DNA of 64,000 nucleotides from Cladosporium halotolerans. Lineage: Eukaryota. Location: positions 496,001-560,000 of the forward strand of contig NW_027191464.1 of NCBI RefSeq assembly GCF_011745625.1, in the 5' to 3' direction. Under the pieces are notes generated by a model. That model saw only the letters and a program-made list of their open reading frames with translations. It was not told where the DNA came from and ran no database searches. Positions 1-12,100 of this stretch are shown here, piece after piece (the first letter of the stretch is position 1; each line of letters opens with the position of its first letter). The translations under genes were made by a program, and so were the position numbers.

Positions 1-385
1 AAAGCGCTGAGTTGCGTGTTCTCGCTTATCGCCTTAGGTAAGGCTCCATTGACAGGGTTGTTGGACGTGGCCGCGCTTGCGCCAACGGTCGGGCCGCTCA
101 GCCCCGGGGTTGACAGGTATATAGACAACCCTTCCCTATAACGAAAAACATGCACACGGCAAAGTCCATCCTGGAGCGAACGAAAGTCTAGGCGTCGGCA
201 CGATGACACGGGTGTGCGTCCTGGTTGTCCAGCGTCTCATGTATACAAACGGATGACCTGAGAAGACCGGGTCCACGGTGCTCGCCAGGATTCTTCTACC
301 GTCGTACCACCCTTGTGTTTTCTGATCCCTCTGCAAGCCACTTTCGTTTTGCCCATTCCTTTGGATCGATCTTACATTGACGAGA

Positions 386-1749
386 ATGGCTGACGCTTAC
401 GACGAAGAATTTTCCTCGCAGCATTCGACGATCTCTGGATATGCCTCGCAAACCTCTCTCTACGTCGTGGCCGTGATCTTCACGTTGATCGCTGGTCTCG
501 TCGTCCTCGGACGTGTGTATGCTCGCACGTTCGTTGCGAAGCAGGCAGGTCTAGATGACATCCTAATTATGCTCTCCGGTGTCCTCTCTATCACCTTCTG
601 TATTACTATCTACAAGCAGACGGAGTTTGGCATGGGCAAGCATGCGTGGCAATTCCCCCACAGCGACAAGGCCTACATCGTTCTCTGGTTCTGGGCGTCA
701 ATCTGGATCTACTACCTCTGTCTGGGTCTCACGAAGCTTTCAATCCTGATTCAGTATCTGCGTATCTTCCCGCAAGTCAACTTTCGTCGAATGTGCTGGG
801 CCATGGTTGGCATAATCATCGTTTGGACTCTGTGGGCCACTCTGAGTGCCATCTTCATGTGCACGCCAGTCAACGTCTTCTGGTCGTCCGCAGACTACTT
901 CGATGACCCTCGCTGCATGCCCAGATCGATCATTTGGTAAGTGTGTCGAGATATACTGAACTGGGGCAAGCCACTGACTTCTACAGGTACACCAACGCCG
1001 GCATCAACATCGTCACCGACTGCGCAATCGCCCTCCTGCCAATGAAAGTCATCCAAAGCCTCCAAATGCCCCGCCGCCAGCGCAACCTCCTCTACATCCT
1101 CTTCGGCGTTGGCTTTATGTAAGTCAAATGCCCCACCACACTCAATCCACCCCCCGCTAACCCTCCCCCCTCCAACAGCACCTGCTTCATCTCCCTCCTC
1201 CGCCTCGTCTACATCTACCCCATGGCCGTCAACCCAGACATAACCTGGCACTCCCCGCTCTTCTGCATCTGGTCCGCCGTCGAGCTCAACGTCGCCATCG
1301 TCTGCTCCTCCGCCCCCGCCCTCAAGAACCTCATCAAGCGCGTCTGGCCCCAGATCCTGCAGTCCTTCTCTTCCTCTGTCAAGCGCAGCGGTGGAAGTGG
1401 CGCCAGCGACTCCGCTGCCACAGCGATCAATTCCGCCAGCACGGTCTACAGCACGAAGGGCTCGACGCTCAAGGGCTCGCATGTGGCTTCCATCGAGGCG
1501 CAGACGATGGCCGCGCCAAAGAGGGGGTTTGTCAACCGGGCGCTGAGACTTTTTGGGCGTGGTGATGGGCGCGGCAGGCTGGGGAGTGATATTGCGCTTG
1601 ATGATGATGTGACGCATCTCAGGAGGGAAAGCACGAGTCCGCCGGCGTCGCATGTCGCGAGTAAGAGTATTGAGGTGCAGACTGCTGTTAATCAGAGGGT
1701 GGATGTTGAGGAGGGAAAAGGGGGGTTTGTGCTTGGGGAGCGGTGTTGA
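386..1749 (+). CDS. Pth11-like / rhodopsin-domain (SAT4-type) integral membrane protein, 3 exons (386-936, 987-1118, 1179-1749)
   Basis: Multi-TM pattern with family motifs RVYAR..GLDD, GMGKH, TKLSILIQYLRIF, CTPV..FW, NIVTD..LLP, WSAVELNVAIVCSSAPAL; GT-AG introns 937-986 and 1119-1178 restore one frame. Confidence 0.85.
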
Positions 1750-2271
1750 TGGGCTTCTCGTTTGTTCTGGTTGGTTTGCTGGGAGATGCTTCGATTCTTG
1801 GCCGTTTGGCGGTTTTCCCTTTCTACGCCGTGGTCATATTGGAGATTACGGCGATCCCAGACTGCATGTGTCGTCGATCGCGGCGGTGCAGACTTGGGTA
1901 ATTATTGTTTGGCTCGTTGGGTGGAAACAGTCCTTTCCATTTCTTTGCTGTCTGCTTTCTGTGTCTGTAAATCTAACCGTACTTCGACAACCTAACCTAC
2001 AAATTCAGAAGGATGAATCTATTCAGAATACGTTTCGCCATTGTGTCAATATTGACGGCCTGGGCAAGACCTCAGCTGCCGAGTGATACGTTGCTCGAGC
2101 ACTCATGGGAATGGGAGGATTGTCTGCGCACAAGTGAGATACGGTCGTTCATGAGTTTGAAAATCTGACTTCATATGGTACATTGCCTCCGACACTGCAG
2201 GCAAGATCGTCTGAGTTCGCACGCCCGCGTGCGTATGCGTATACATCCGCAGTATTACCCTCCGAATCATT

Positions 2272-3751
2272 TCACGCCTCTTCCTCCTCTTCCTCAGCAC
2301 CAACCTCCTCATCCTCATCCCACTCCTCCTCCCCACCCTCCCCATCCTCATACCCCTCCCCGTCCTCATCCTCCTCACTATCCTCTCCGCTCCCCTCGCT
2401 CTCCCCGCCCGAAGGATCATAGTCCTCCTCCTCCTCGTCCTCCGCATCCTGCAGCGCCTCCTCGGCCTTCTCCAGCTCGCCGCGCCCGTCGTCGTCGGCG
2501 GCCGCCTCCTCGCCTGCTGCGGGCTTGTTGACGTTGTACGCTTTCGCGCGCCGCTCGGCCGCCATGCTCGCGTCGTTCAGCGCGTGCGCGCGGATGTACG
2601 CGTCGATCGGCGCGAAGTCGGCCTGGTCGACCATGCTGAGCTCGTGCTCTTCGGTCTTCTCTTCGCTGCCGTTGGCTGCCGGGGTGAGGGTTGTGATGAC
2701 TATGTTGAAGGTGCGTTGGAGCACGGAGGTGAAGGAGATGCTTTCGATGGCGTGTAGGGGGAAGTAGCTGATGGGCTTCTTGAAGCCGAAAACTATGCCG
2801 GTGGAGAGGAGGAAGAGGTAGCCTGGGAGTTGGGGTGTTAGTTTCTATTGAGAGTGCGGCATTCCTTCACCGTGGACGAACCTTCTTTGCTTCCGCGGAA
2901 GGCTTTGGTGTGGAAGGCTTTCTCGCCTTTGCGGTGGCTCTGCGGGATCTCGCTCGCGAACTCGCGCTCGTCCGGCAGCACGAGCTTCTTCTCCAGGGAT
3001 GCCATGAAATGGTTCAGCTCCCGTCGCGTGACGTCTACAAATGTATCCTCCTCGCTCCCGTGTAATCGCGTCGACACGCTGACGACCTCCGGCTTTCCTT
3101 TCGTCTCGTTCATGGTCCAGACAAGCGGTTCTGCTGGTGAACCGTCGTAGCTCTGCGAGCCTGGGAGTGGGAAGACGACAAAGTTCTGCTGGCGTTGTGC
3201 TTTGTCGGGTACGGGCAAGCAGAACATGGTGTCGACATCTTCGCCGCGCAGGGTGTATTCGACGGCGCTCGTGGCTTGGTTGATCAGGCGGATTTGGCGA
3301 ATCAGCAGGTTGATGTTATCGTGGACAAACTGCAGCTTGAGCTTTTTGCGCAGTGGAGATGTGAAGCTGACGTCTTTACATTCAAAGTCGATCTCTGGCG
3401 GATTGGAGATTTCATAGCTCCCTGCTTTTGTCCTTATCGACCGCGCCGCAGCCTCGTCGCTTTGCTCTAGTTTGCGCTTCTTGGCCAACGGTTCTTCGGG
3501 CAATTGGTTGCCATTCCTGTGCGGCATTCCGTTGCTGACATGCTGCTGACTTCGCTGTGATACGACAAAGGTCGATATGTCCCTAAGCAGTTCGGGTATG
3601 CCGTTCTGGAAGTTCCCTGCGAAGTTGGTAAGTTGCGTTCGGCTTGTCTGCGTGAATGGATCAACACACTGGCAGCCTCTAGGATTCTGACATGCAAGTC
3701 GTGGTTACGACCAAATGCTTGCTCCACTATCTGCGCCGAATGAGAGTCCAT
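2272..3751 (-). CDS. RTT106: Rtt106-like histone chaperone (PH-like domain, acidic C-terminal tail), 3 exons
   Basis: Spliced product contains [64 protein letters not shown] and an E/D-rich tail; introns 3669-3617 and 2881-2823. Confidence 0.8.
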
Positions 3752-4842
3752 GATGCGCGAGTGGAGGTTTGCGAGTGGATAGAGCGCAGAGTATGCGCAC
3801 AAAGAAGTTCGAAAGCGCTCGAGGCGTCGAGTCGCGTTGCGCCGACACGCGACGTCAGCGTTGGCGCTGGAGCAATCAAATCGCGCCGGCAAGCCGTCAG
3901 ACAGCTTTCCGCCCACCAAACACCAACGATCGCGACAAATGCCACCCGGCCATGTCCAAATCCTACAGTTTCTCGCGCTTCGGGAACATTGAAGCCCGGA
4001 GTGCGGTGTGTATTCTGCTTCTTGCCTCACACGGATGGGCATTCCCCGCCTCGAAAGGTCCATAAATCTAGCGTTTTGAGGCTTGAAGCATCGCGCCCGC
4101 CATTGTACATGTACTTTCTCACCAAGTCACTGAAGATACAGCGAGCATTTCGTGAGTGGGACGCATCGGTTGCCACCGCTCCAGACGCATTGATCCATGA
4201 TCCAAATGGACGTGCCCTGTCTGGTGCGAAATAATAATCGCTCACGCACCCCTCAGCGCTCATAAGGCTGAGGCAATTGGCATTCCTTGGGCACGTCCCC
4301 AAACGGATCCCTGATCGCCAACCGCGGTCCGAGCCAAGAAGCGCGTTTGGCGGGTCGCAACCTCTACTTGCAGTACATGAAATGAGACGTCGCGACCTTC
4401 CAACACAGCCTGTCGTCAAACGGTCGCCCTCCCACGGCGCTGAGGTGTGCTCGTCCCACGGCCTCGGTCAGTAATATCCGATGTCCTCGGTAGGTCTATC
4501 GAACCCCAAAACCTGCTCAGCTTGCACCGCAGCGCCAAATGTTCGCGCGCGCCGCCGTCTTCCAAGCCTCTTGGCATGAGACAAGACTCTTGCCTACGTT
4601 ACGCAGTCCGTCGCCGGCAGGCATGGCCGTGGAGGTGTAATGGCGCTGTGTCTCTCCTTGCCATCGTCTTTTCCATCAGTTTTCATCTCTTCAGCGCCAT
4701 CTTTGCATATCAACCACCGCACGCGAGCCGCCGTGCAGCGCGAACCCTACGCTCAAGCCCGCCCGCGCGCTGCGACTTGCCTATCTGGGGCGTGATACCA
4801 CGTGCTAGCCGGGGCTGCCGCCCTTGCTTCCAGGGAGCCATT

Positions 4843-5739
4843 ATGCTCTTCAGAAATAATGTAATCTCTATTGTGCCCTTCCTCGCCGCTTGTAGTCTGG
4901 TCCTCGCCCAAGAATCGACAACGCAAGACGCATCACCCAAATCTTTCGCGACACCCGACCCATCACCATGGCCCACAGTCAGCGTCTTCTTGCCCGGCAG
5001 TCTGCACTTTCACGAAATGCCCGGGGAGGAGAAGAACTGGGCCGCTTCGGTCATCACCGCTGTATGTCGAGCACTAATCACAATGCATCACTCGAACGGA
5101 GCTTGACACTGACGAACCCACCCAGAACGATAGCCAAACCGCCTACGCCATAGGCTGCATCTCCGGTCCACTCAACGCCTCCACGCCCGTCTGCGGCTTG
5201 CAGTCCTCCATCACCGTCACCGGCGGCGAGAGCACCCTCATCTACACCTACAACCCCATCGTCACGACCGACAACGGAATGTACGTCTCTTTTCCCTCCC
5301 AGCCTTCCCTACCCCGTCGCCACCCAGACCCCAGTTTGCTAACCCCATCTCCAGGCCAGGCACATCCAACCCCGCCGCCGCCGGCCCTTCCAAACCCCCG
5401 CACTCCGGCGCCACGATCAACTGCAACCTCGTGGGCGGCACGCGCGCGACAGCAGCCACGTGCACTAGCAGCTCGCAGATTCCGGGGCTCGGGCTCGTGG
5501 GTTCTAGCAGTACGCTCGCGAGCACGCAGATCGATTATGCTACGCTGACGGTTACGGCGGGGAGGGAGTTGTTAGTGAGGGCGAGTGGGGAGGCGGGAAA
5601 TGGGGGTGGGGAGGGGAGCGCAGGGGGTGCAGGAGTGGGGGAGAGTGGTGCGAGGGGAGGGTTGGTTGGCGGAGAGGGGATGGTGGCGGTGCTTGGGGTG
5701 GGTTTGATGGGGTTGGTGCTTGGGGTGGGCGTTTTGTGA
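4843..5739 (+). CDS. Putative secreted GPI-anchored cell-wall protein, 3 exons
   Basis: N-terminal signal peptide (MLFRNNVISIVPFLAACSLVLA), AASVITA..T.YAIGC motif, Thr/Gly-rich body, hydrophobic C-terminus; introns 5062-5125 and 5281-5354. Confidence 0.7.
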
Positions 5740-6899
5740 AGGGTTCTTTTTTTATTTTTTTTGGGTTCTATTTTTTTGTTGCAACAGCTTGCGGCAATGC
5801 CCGGTTCAGCACGGCGATGGCGTTTGGGGCGTAGATTATTGGCTTGTAAGAAGTCCAGGAGATTTGATATCCGAGATAACTCTGGGAAACGGCTACAGAA
5901 GCGCCTTTTGAACATCATCTTCTCTATCCATGAGCATCTCCGGAAGCTGACTCCAGGCCCTTGCCACTCGCTTCTGACGCTTCGGCACAAGGCTTGTATT
6001 CCGACGAGAGCGTTCTGCATACGTCGACGGGGCCGCAATATGTTTTCATCAATGTGACCTCACACGATAAATATTGTGGGTGGGCAGATTTCGAAGGTCT
6101 AACCTATGCAAATGAGTAAGAAGTAAAAACCGGCTATTTGTCCAAGGAGCGACACATAGACTCAAAGCACGTTCACAGTGCCATGGGCCCACACAAAGTG
6201 GAGATTCGCAGGTTCTTGCTAGTACAGCGCAACACAGATGTCGTTGCCTTTTGTGTTTTCTACTTCTCAATTGCATGTCATCCCGCATCCAAGGCGATTT
6301 TGCCAATGCGGAGATGAAGCAAAAAGAGCGCAAGGTAAGACGTTGATTGAGGACGCGAGCGGCTCCAGGAGCGATGTCCGTAGGCCTTGCATCTTCATTT
6401 ACACGGTAGCCGATCGTGTTAGCAGCGCGACACAATCCTTACAAGAAAGCGCGCGGCGATGAAGGCAATGCCTCGAGGATTACTCTTCAAATGACCGTCT
6501 CTGACCCCGGTCCCATCTTGCGTGGCGGAGTCTCGACAAGTCTTTCTCTTGACGCATGTCTTCGAAACTACCTTTGGGCGTCGTTCTTGTTTCTAGCGCA
6601 TGTAAGCAAGACGCAGCAAGCAAGCGTTTGGTTGCAGCAAGAGCCGGGCGTCATACTGCGAATCGCTATCTTGCTTTCACTTCCCTCATGCCCAATGTGT
6701 CGCTGGGTGACCTGAGCCCATAGGCAGCGGAGGAATCGATTCTACCGACAGAAGAGTCGCTTCGCGATTCGGCTACGGCAGCGATTGCTTCGGAGCGATT
6801 ATGGCATTCCAGCAACCAGGACATCGATGAAAAGCAGCCAGGGTGCGAAGGCTCTTGCATCTTCATACAGGAAGTAGCCTGGCCTCTCCTGGCATCCAC

Positions 6900-9800
6900 G
6901 CCATGGATGGATGAAGAGTGAGCACACAACAACACGGACAGTCAGTCATCAGGAGCTGCAAGAGATAGAATACCCCTGAGCGGAGCCTGCTGGCAAGGCT
7001 TGGGAATGAATGAGTTGCATCGTGGCCATGTCAGCGGATGGCACTAAACCACGCTTTGTTTAGACACTTGCTTGACAAACAACGAAGCATTGGAAAGCGA
7101 CCAGCGCGGCGTCCAACACAGCAAATGCAGACCCTGTAACAATGGCCGGCGAGCTCGAATGCTTGAGCCTGAGTACTTGCTGCCATTTTAATCCTGCAGA
7201 ATGGAGACCCTTCTCGCCATTCGATGAACGCCCGATCACAACACCCTCGAAAGTCAGGGTCGAACAGGCTCTCAGCAATCCCCTGCCTCACTGCACTGAC
7301 AATCTTGAACGCAGACTCTGATCACTGTCCACGAAGATCGAGAAAGAGGAGGCCTTCCACATGATCACAAGAGCTTGGAGTAGCCGCAAGTGGCACATAG
7401 GGCTCAAGGAACCCACTCAAGAGGCGCGAGACATTTGAAAAAAGGCGAGCGAGCAAGGAGCCGACTGTTCGCCACCAGCACAATGGCAACACCGGAGGCA
7501 TGCAGGCTCGGGGCGCCACCGCAGATAGCTTGGAGGAATGAAACTCGGCTGCTGTGACCTGTCGTCTCCGTTCCATGATGATGTAGCCCGTACTTATGCT
7601 CTTCATGAGGTCGTGCGATCACTCGGAGCGCTGGCAGCTCTCCCGTCGCCTCCTCCGAGACAGAGACCTTCTGAAACGAGATAGACATTCGAAGATAGCC
7701 ATCAATTCCGAAAGACTCGTTCACGGTGCAGCTACAGGGTTCGATGAGCATGGCCCATAGCGTGATCTCCCATTGACCCCCTGCCCACCCCATTGCCGTG
7801 AGGATCCGCACGCTCACAGCCTCCGGAGCCCGTGAAGTGAAGTACAGCGTCGCTGCGATCACGCGGAACGCGGCCGCTCGCCGGCCATGGCGGTTGACCA
7901 CGCCCTCACAGCATGCCATGCCAATGCAAGATCCAATATGGCCTGGTAGATCGATCAAATCGTATGAGCTCGTTGCCATGACCCAGGGCATGCTCCCTTC
8001 GTGATCCTTGATCCCGTGCGGATACCACAAGAGGCGCAACATCGTCGCCGGGCAAGCAAGAGGAGCCTCAGGCACTGCAGCTCCAGGTGCTCACCTGCCT
8101 GCCGTCCCCATCGTAGCCGTCCGACCGCCAGGCGTATTTGTCTTTACGGTTGCCTGCAGAAGGCACCAGAAATGCCAAGAAGTCCGCGCTAGCGGGACTA
8201 TTTAAACCCCCTTCCCCTCCCTCCCCTTCTCCTGATCTTTCTTCCTTTCCATGTTTGCCACTTGACCACTTGACCGCGGTCGGTGGGTGTCGCCGTCCCA
8301 AGCACACCCAGCCACTGGCCCCTACGGGGGTTAGAAGGCGGTGTCGATCTTCGGACGATACCTCGACATAATTTTTGATTGCACCCCAGTCTTCGGACTC
8401 ATATACCTTTTTTCATCAGTTCATCCGTTGCTTGCAACAGGTGATTGGAGAAGAAAGTCATCGTCGTGATGTTATTGTTGTTGTGCACCGTGTAATGTAG
8501 AGCCTGTGTAGCCCCATGTTGTTGTTGTGCGCCCGCCCGTGGTGCGGATTGCGCTGGTTGTTGTTCATGGCGTGCGGTATGTGAGGCCATCTAGGCCCTG
8601 TGGAGGTTCATTGCCATATATTGAGGGTAGTAATGGCATTGTTATGGTCCTCAAGCACTTCTTGATGTCCCATTGTATAGTCAGGTCATCATGATAGACC
8701 GTGTTGGCGTTGTTGCGCTGCTTCGAGCCCGGGCACGTGGTCGCGGAGGACGACTGAGTGCCCATCGACCACCCTCACGCCCACGACGAAGGCGGCGAGT
8801 TCTCGAGAGGCTCTTCGATGGCAGCACTGCATCAGTATCATCATGAAGTTCTCCGATCCCCGTATCTCCTGTTGGCGGCGTCGTTTTGGCCATCGCCGCC
8901 TTGCCCACACTCTCGCTACCCTCACTCGAGCGTTTCGCCACCGCCGTCGGGCTTCTCTCGTTCTCTCAGTTGCATGCCCACAACATCGAGGTTGGCTCTC
9001 CCAGGGATAGAGAAGCATAATCGAGAGACAGTACTTCAAGCGAGCATACTGACAGTAGACCTCGATCGCCGACGACAGCGTCACTCGCGATGGAGCCACC
9101 CACGCGAGACCGACGGCGAGCTCCTCAGCCTGTCAGCCTCTGTATGATTGCGCCGCGCACTACGCAGAAGATCGCCGATACGACATCCATGCCACAATAT
9201 CTGTACAACCTCTTCGCTCTCTCAATTCAGCCGCAACCGGGCGACCCAGCAAGAGCATGTACCGAGTGTCCTCAAGCATGCTCCTGGCGATAGCTGATGG
9301 AGATCTCACTACAACGCCTTTGCCACAGCGTGAGTGAGGACATGCGGTACTGCGGCCACGACTGCACTCGATTGCAATGGAAGAAGCAAGGACAAGACAC
9401 CATCGAGTACAGATGCAGCCACTGTGAGGTGGATTGACAAATTGTTTCGACGATGGTCGCTTGCACCTCTTGAGATCGCAACAGCAAGAGTTGGATATGA
9501 AGCCACGGAACATGATGATCAGAGGTCTTTCTAGCAGGGCAGGCATCTTGAGCATACAGTACAGGTGTCAAGAGAGCTTTGCCGGACATAATCAGCGCGG
9601 CAGTATGTTGCAGACGCCGCAACACATTAACGAGCCCAGCATGCTGTGAGGTTGTGGACACCATGGCTGTATCATCTTTGAAGATCCGCGGGCATCAAAC
9701 ATTCAAGAGGTGGTTTGCATGTGCTCATTACTTTGGACACAAACTCAGTGAGGCATACCGGTGGCGAGCATGCATGCAGTACCCTTCAAGCCGTGAGAGG

Positions 9801-12100
9801 GCACGATCATCGGGAGGTGACAGCAAGCGCCATGAAGACGGCGTTTTCAGACCTGGTCTCGCAGCAGCATGCCGAGCATAGCTTCAACTTTGTTCCGTCA
9901 AATGGTACAGGTTTTCCGCTGGTTGGCCTTGATGGAGCTGCAACGCTGGCCCACGGTCCGGCAGTTTGATCACCGGAGAATTTGGAAGACGTTTGAGAGG
10001 ACGCAACTTTGGTTGGACAGGTGCGCTCATCATTTCTGGATACTTCGGACCTCCAAGCTGTGACAGGAACAAGATGCGTTGGGCTCTCAGAACCCAGGGA
10101 TCCCCTCCGTGAGATTGATTGCCTGGCGAAGGCGAATGTGGCACACCTCGACACATGTTGGGAGATGCTCTATCCGCAAGCCAGTCATTCCCAAGCTCCG
10201 CTACCGGCCATGCTTCATAGACTTCAAAGTGCTCCATGTACGCGTTGCGGCGGACATCTGTCCAAGAAAACGCTCGGAGAACGGAGTACATGGCGGGTAT
10301 TCTTGCCACACGATGCAGTTCTTCCTCTGCGGGGCCTGCTGGATACTCTCCACGGTGCATCATTCATATCATCCGGCTCCTAGTCCTCCAGATCCAGGTC
10401 ATCCAGGTCCAGTCCATCCAGGTCCAATTCATCCAGGTCTAAGTGATCCAGGTCCAATCAGGAGTCCCCCGGCCCATGAGCCACCAAAGGAATTCATTGC
10501 CGCGTGCCAGCCGTACCCCATCTCCTACGCAATGTCCCACCTCTTACATTGCTCGCCATTCAGCAAGCCACAGCAAGAACTAGGCTTTGAGCTCGCCGCA
10601 TACCTCTTGACGAAAAGGCATTTGCTTTGAACATTCCTGCCGCCCCACTGTAACCCACTTATGCTTGTTGCTGCATGGAGGCACGCTCTACCGGTCTGGC
10701 GTTGGCTTTTTCCAACAAGATTGCGCTGGAGATATGCCTCCGCTGCCTCCAACGTATTCCCTCTCTTCCTTCGCTTTGCGGAGAATGGTCCAATGGTGCC
10801 AGTGTCTTCGCTAACGATTGGTCGCATGGCTCGACGGGGCCGATTTAAAGGCTTAATGCTTCCGGAGTTGTCCTGTTCCGAAAGGTGACAAACCGTCGAG
10901 CTGTCTCCGCCACTTGAGATATGAGGCTCTTTCAAGCGCTCAACCTCGTCTCACCTACTGGTGTTGCGATGGGCAATCAGCCATGCGTCGTCCTGTAAAC
11001 GGCTCGCGGGTTCTTGAGTCGGCGGTATCAACTTGCCACGACGCCGACGATGTCGAACATGCTGGCACAAATGCCCTGAAGATTGTTGCTGCCATGGTTT
11101 CCCAACAAGATTGACCTCGCTGCTCTGGTCTACGGCCCTTGTGCAGAGTCGCAGAGCAGAAACTGTTTGGTTCAAGGTTGCCACGCCACCAAGCTCGCAC
11201 TGTTCTGCTGTACCCATGCTTTTGTGTCGATGATCAGTCTCCAAGGTCGGCTGTGCGCTCGATCAACCGTTGTACCCTTCGATCAAGATGTCTGTCTCTT
11301 CGAAGCAAAAGATGGATTCGAGGGTGGAGATTGTCGTTCTGTATGACCGTGCGTTGGCGAACCAGGTCAGCCAAACCTGAGCGACGTCTATTGTGCGCTT
11401 CATCATCGCCGAATCGCTCGCGATGGGGACTGAGAATTCCGGAAATCGGTACGGATGCGAGCGTGGTTCTCGTGGTTCTGCTATCGGACCATGCTTTGGC
11501 ATCACAGGTCACCCAGCCCGGTTGCTTTTTGGTGGTGTCTCTCGCCATGACTGTGGCCTCTGCGGTCAAGAAGTCGGAGTATCTGATGCAGATGATGATT
11601 TTGGCCGTCACCGTCGTCAACGAGCTAAGGGCTATCATCGTCGCTCTGCGTCATGGCCATTTTTTGCCGTTGCAGGTCAGTCTGCGTGAGCGAGGGTCGT
11701 TGTTGCGCTCAGCCACTGCCATCGCCACGCGCGCCTTTATGGCCAAAGCAGTGTCTTCGAAGTGTATGACGAATCTTACGATCGTTGTCTTTGAGAAAGG
11801 CGATGGATGTCGCTCAGCTTGCAAGTCGCAAGGTGAGTGAGAGCTTGTCGGTCAGCGTGGGCGTGGTGACCGCCCGCCGCTCTGTCTCCGCCAAATGGCA
11901 GCCGTGCCGGCTCGATCGGTGCTGAATCACTGCGGACTCCAGCGTATGAACGTTGCGATGTCCGTGACCATGTTCTGGTCGATGTTGCTAATGCGGCGGG
12001 GTGTCGATGCCTGGTGACCCCTTGCTTGCTGGTGGGAAGGTGTTGGTCCAGCGGATGGTGCGCGCCAAAAAGTACGCCAGCGGTCACCCGCTCATCCAAG
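6900..12100 (-). pseudogene. Apparent degenerate coding remnant(s) of unidentified gene(s) or element
   Basis: Protein-like frames continue across isolated stops (e.g. 7606-7031 in one frame across TGA at 7322-7324; LDLD repeat frame near 10380-10460 bounded by TGA/TAG); no intact long ORF; family not recognised. Confidence 0.3.
10388..10460. repeat. Degenerate minisatellite, 5 copies of core ATCCAGGTC, mostly 15-bp period
   Basis: gATCCAGGTC ATCCAGGTCcagtcc ATCCAGGTCcaattc ATCCAGGTCtaagtg ATCCAGGTCcaatc seen directly. Confidence 0.8.
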
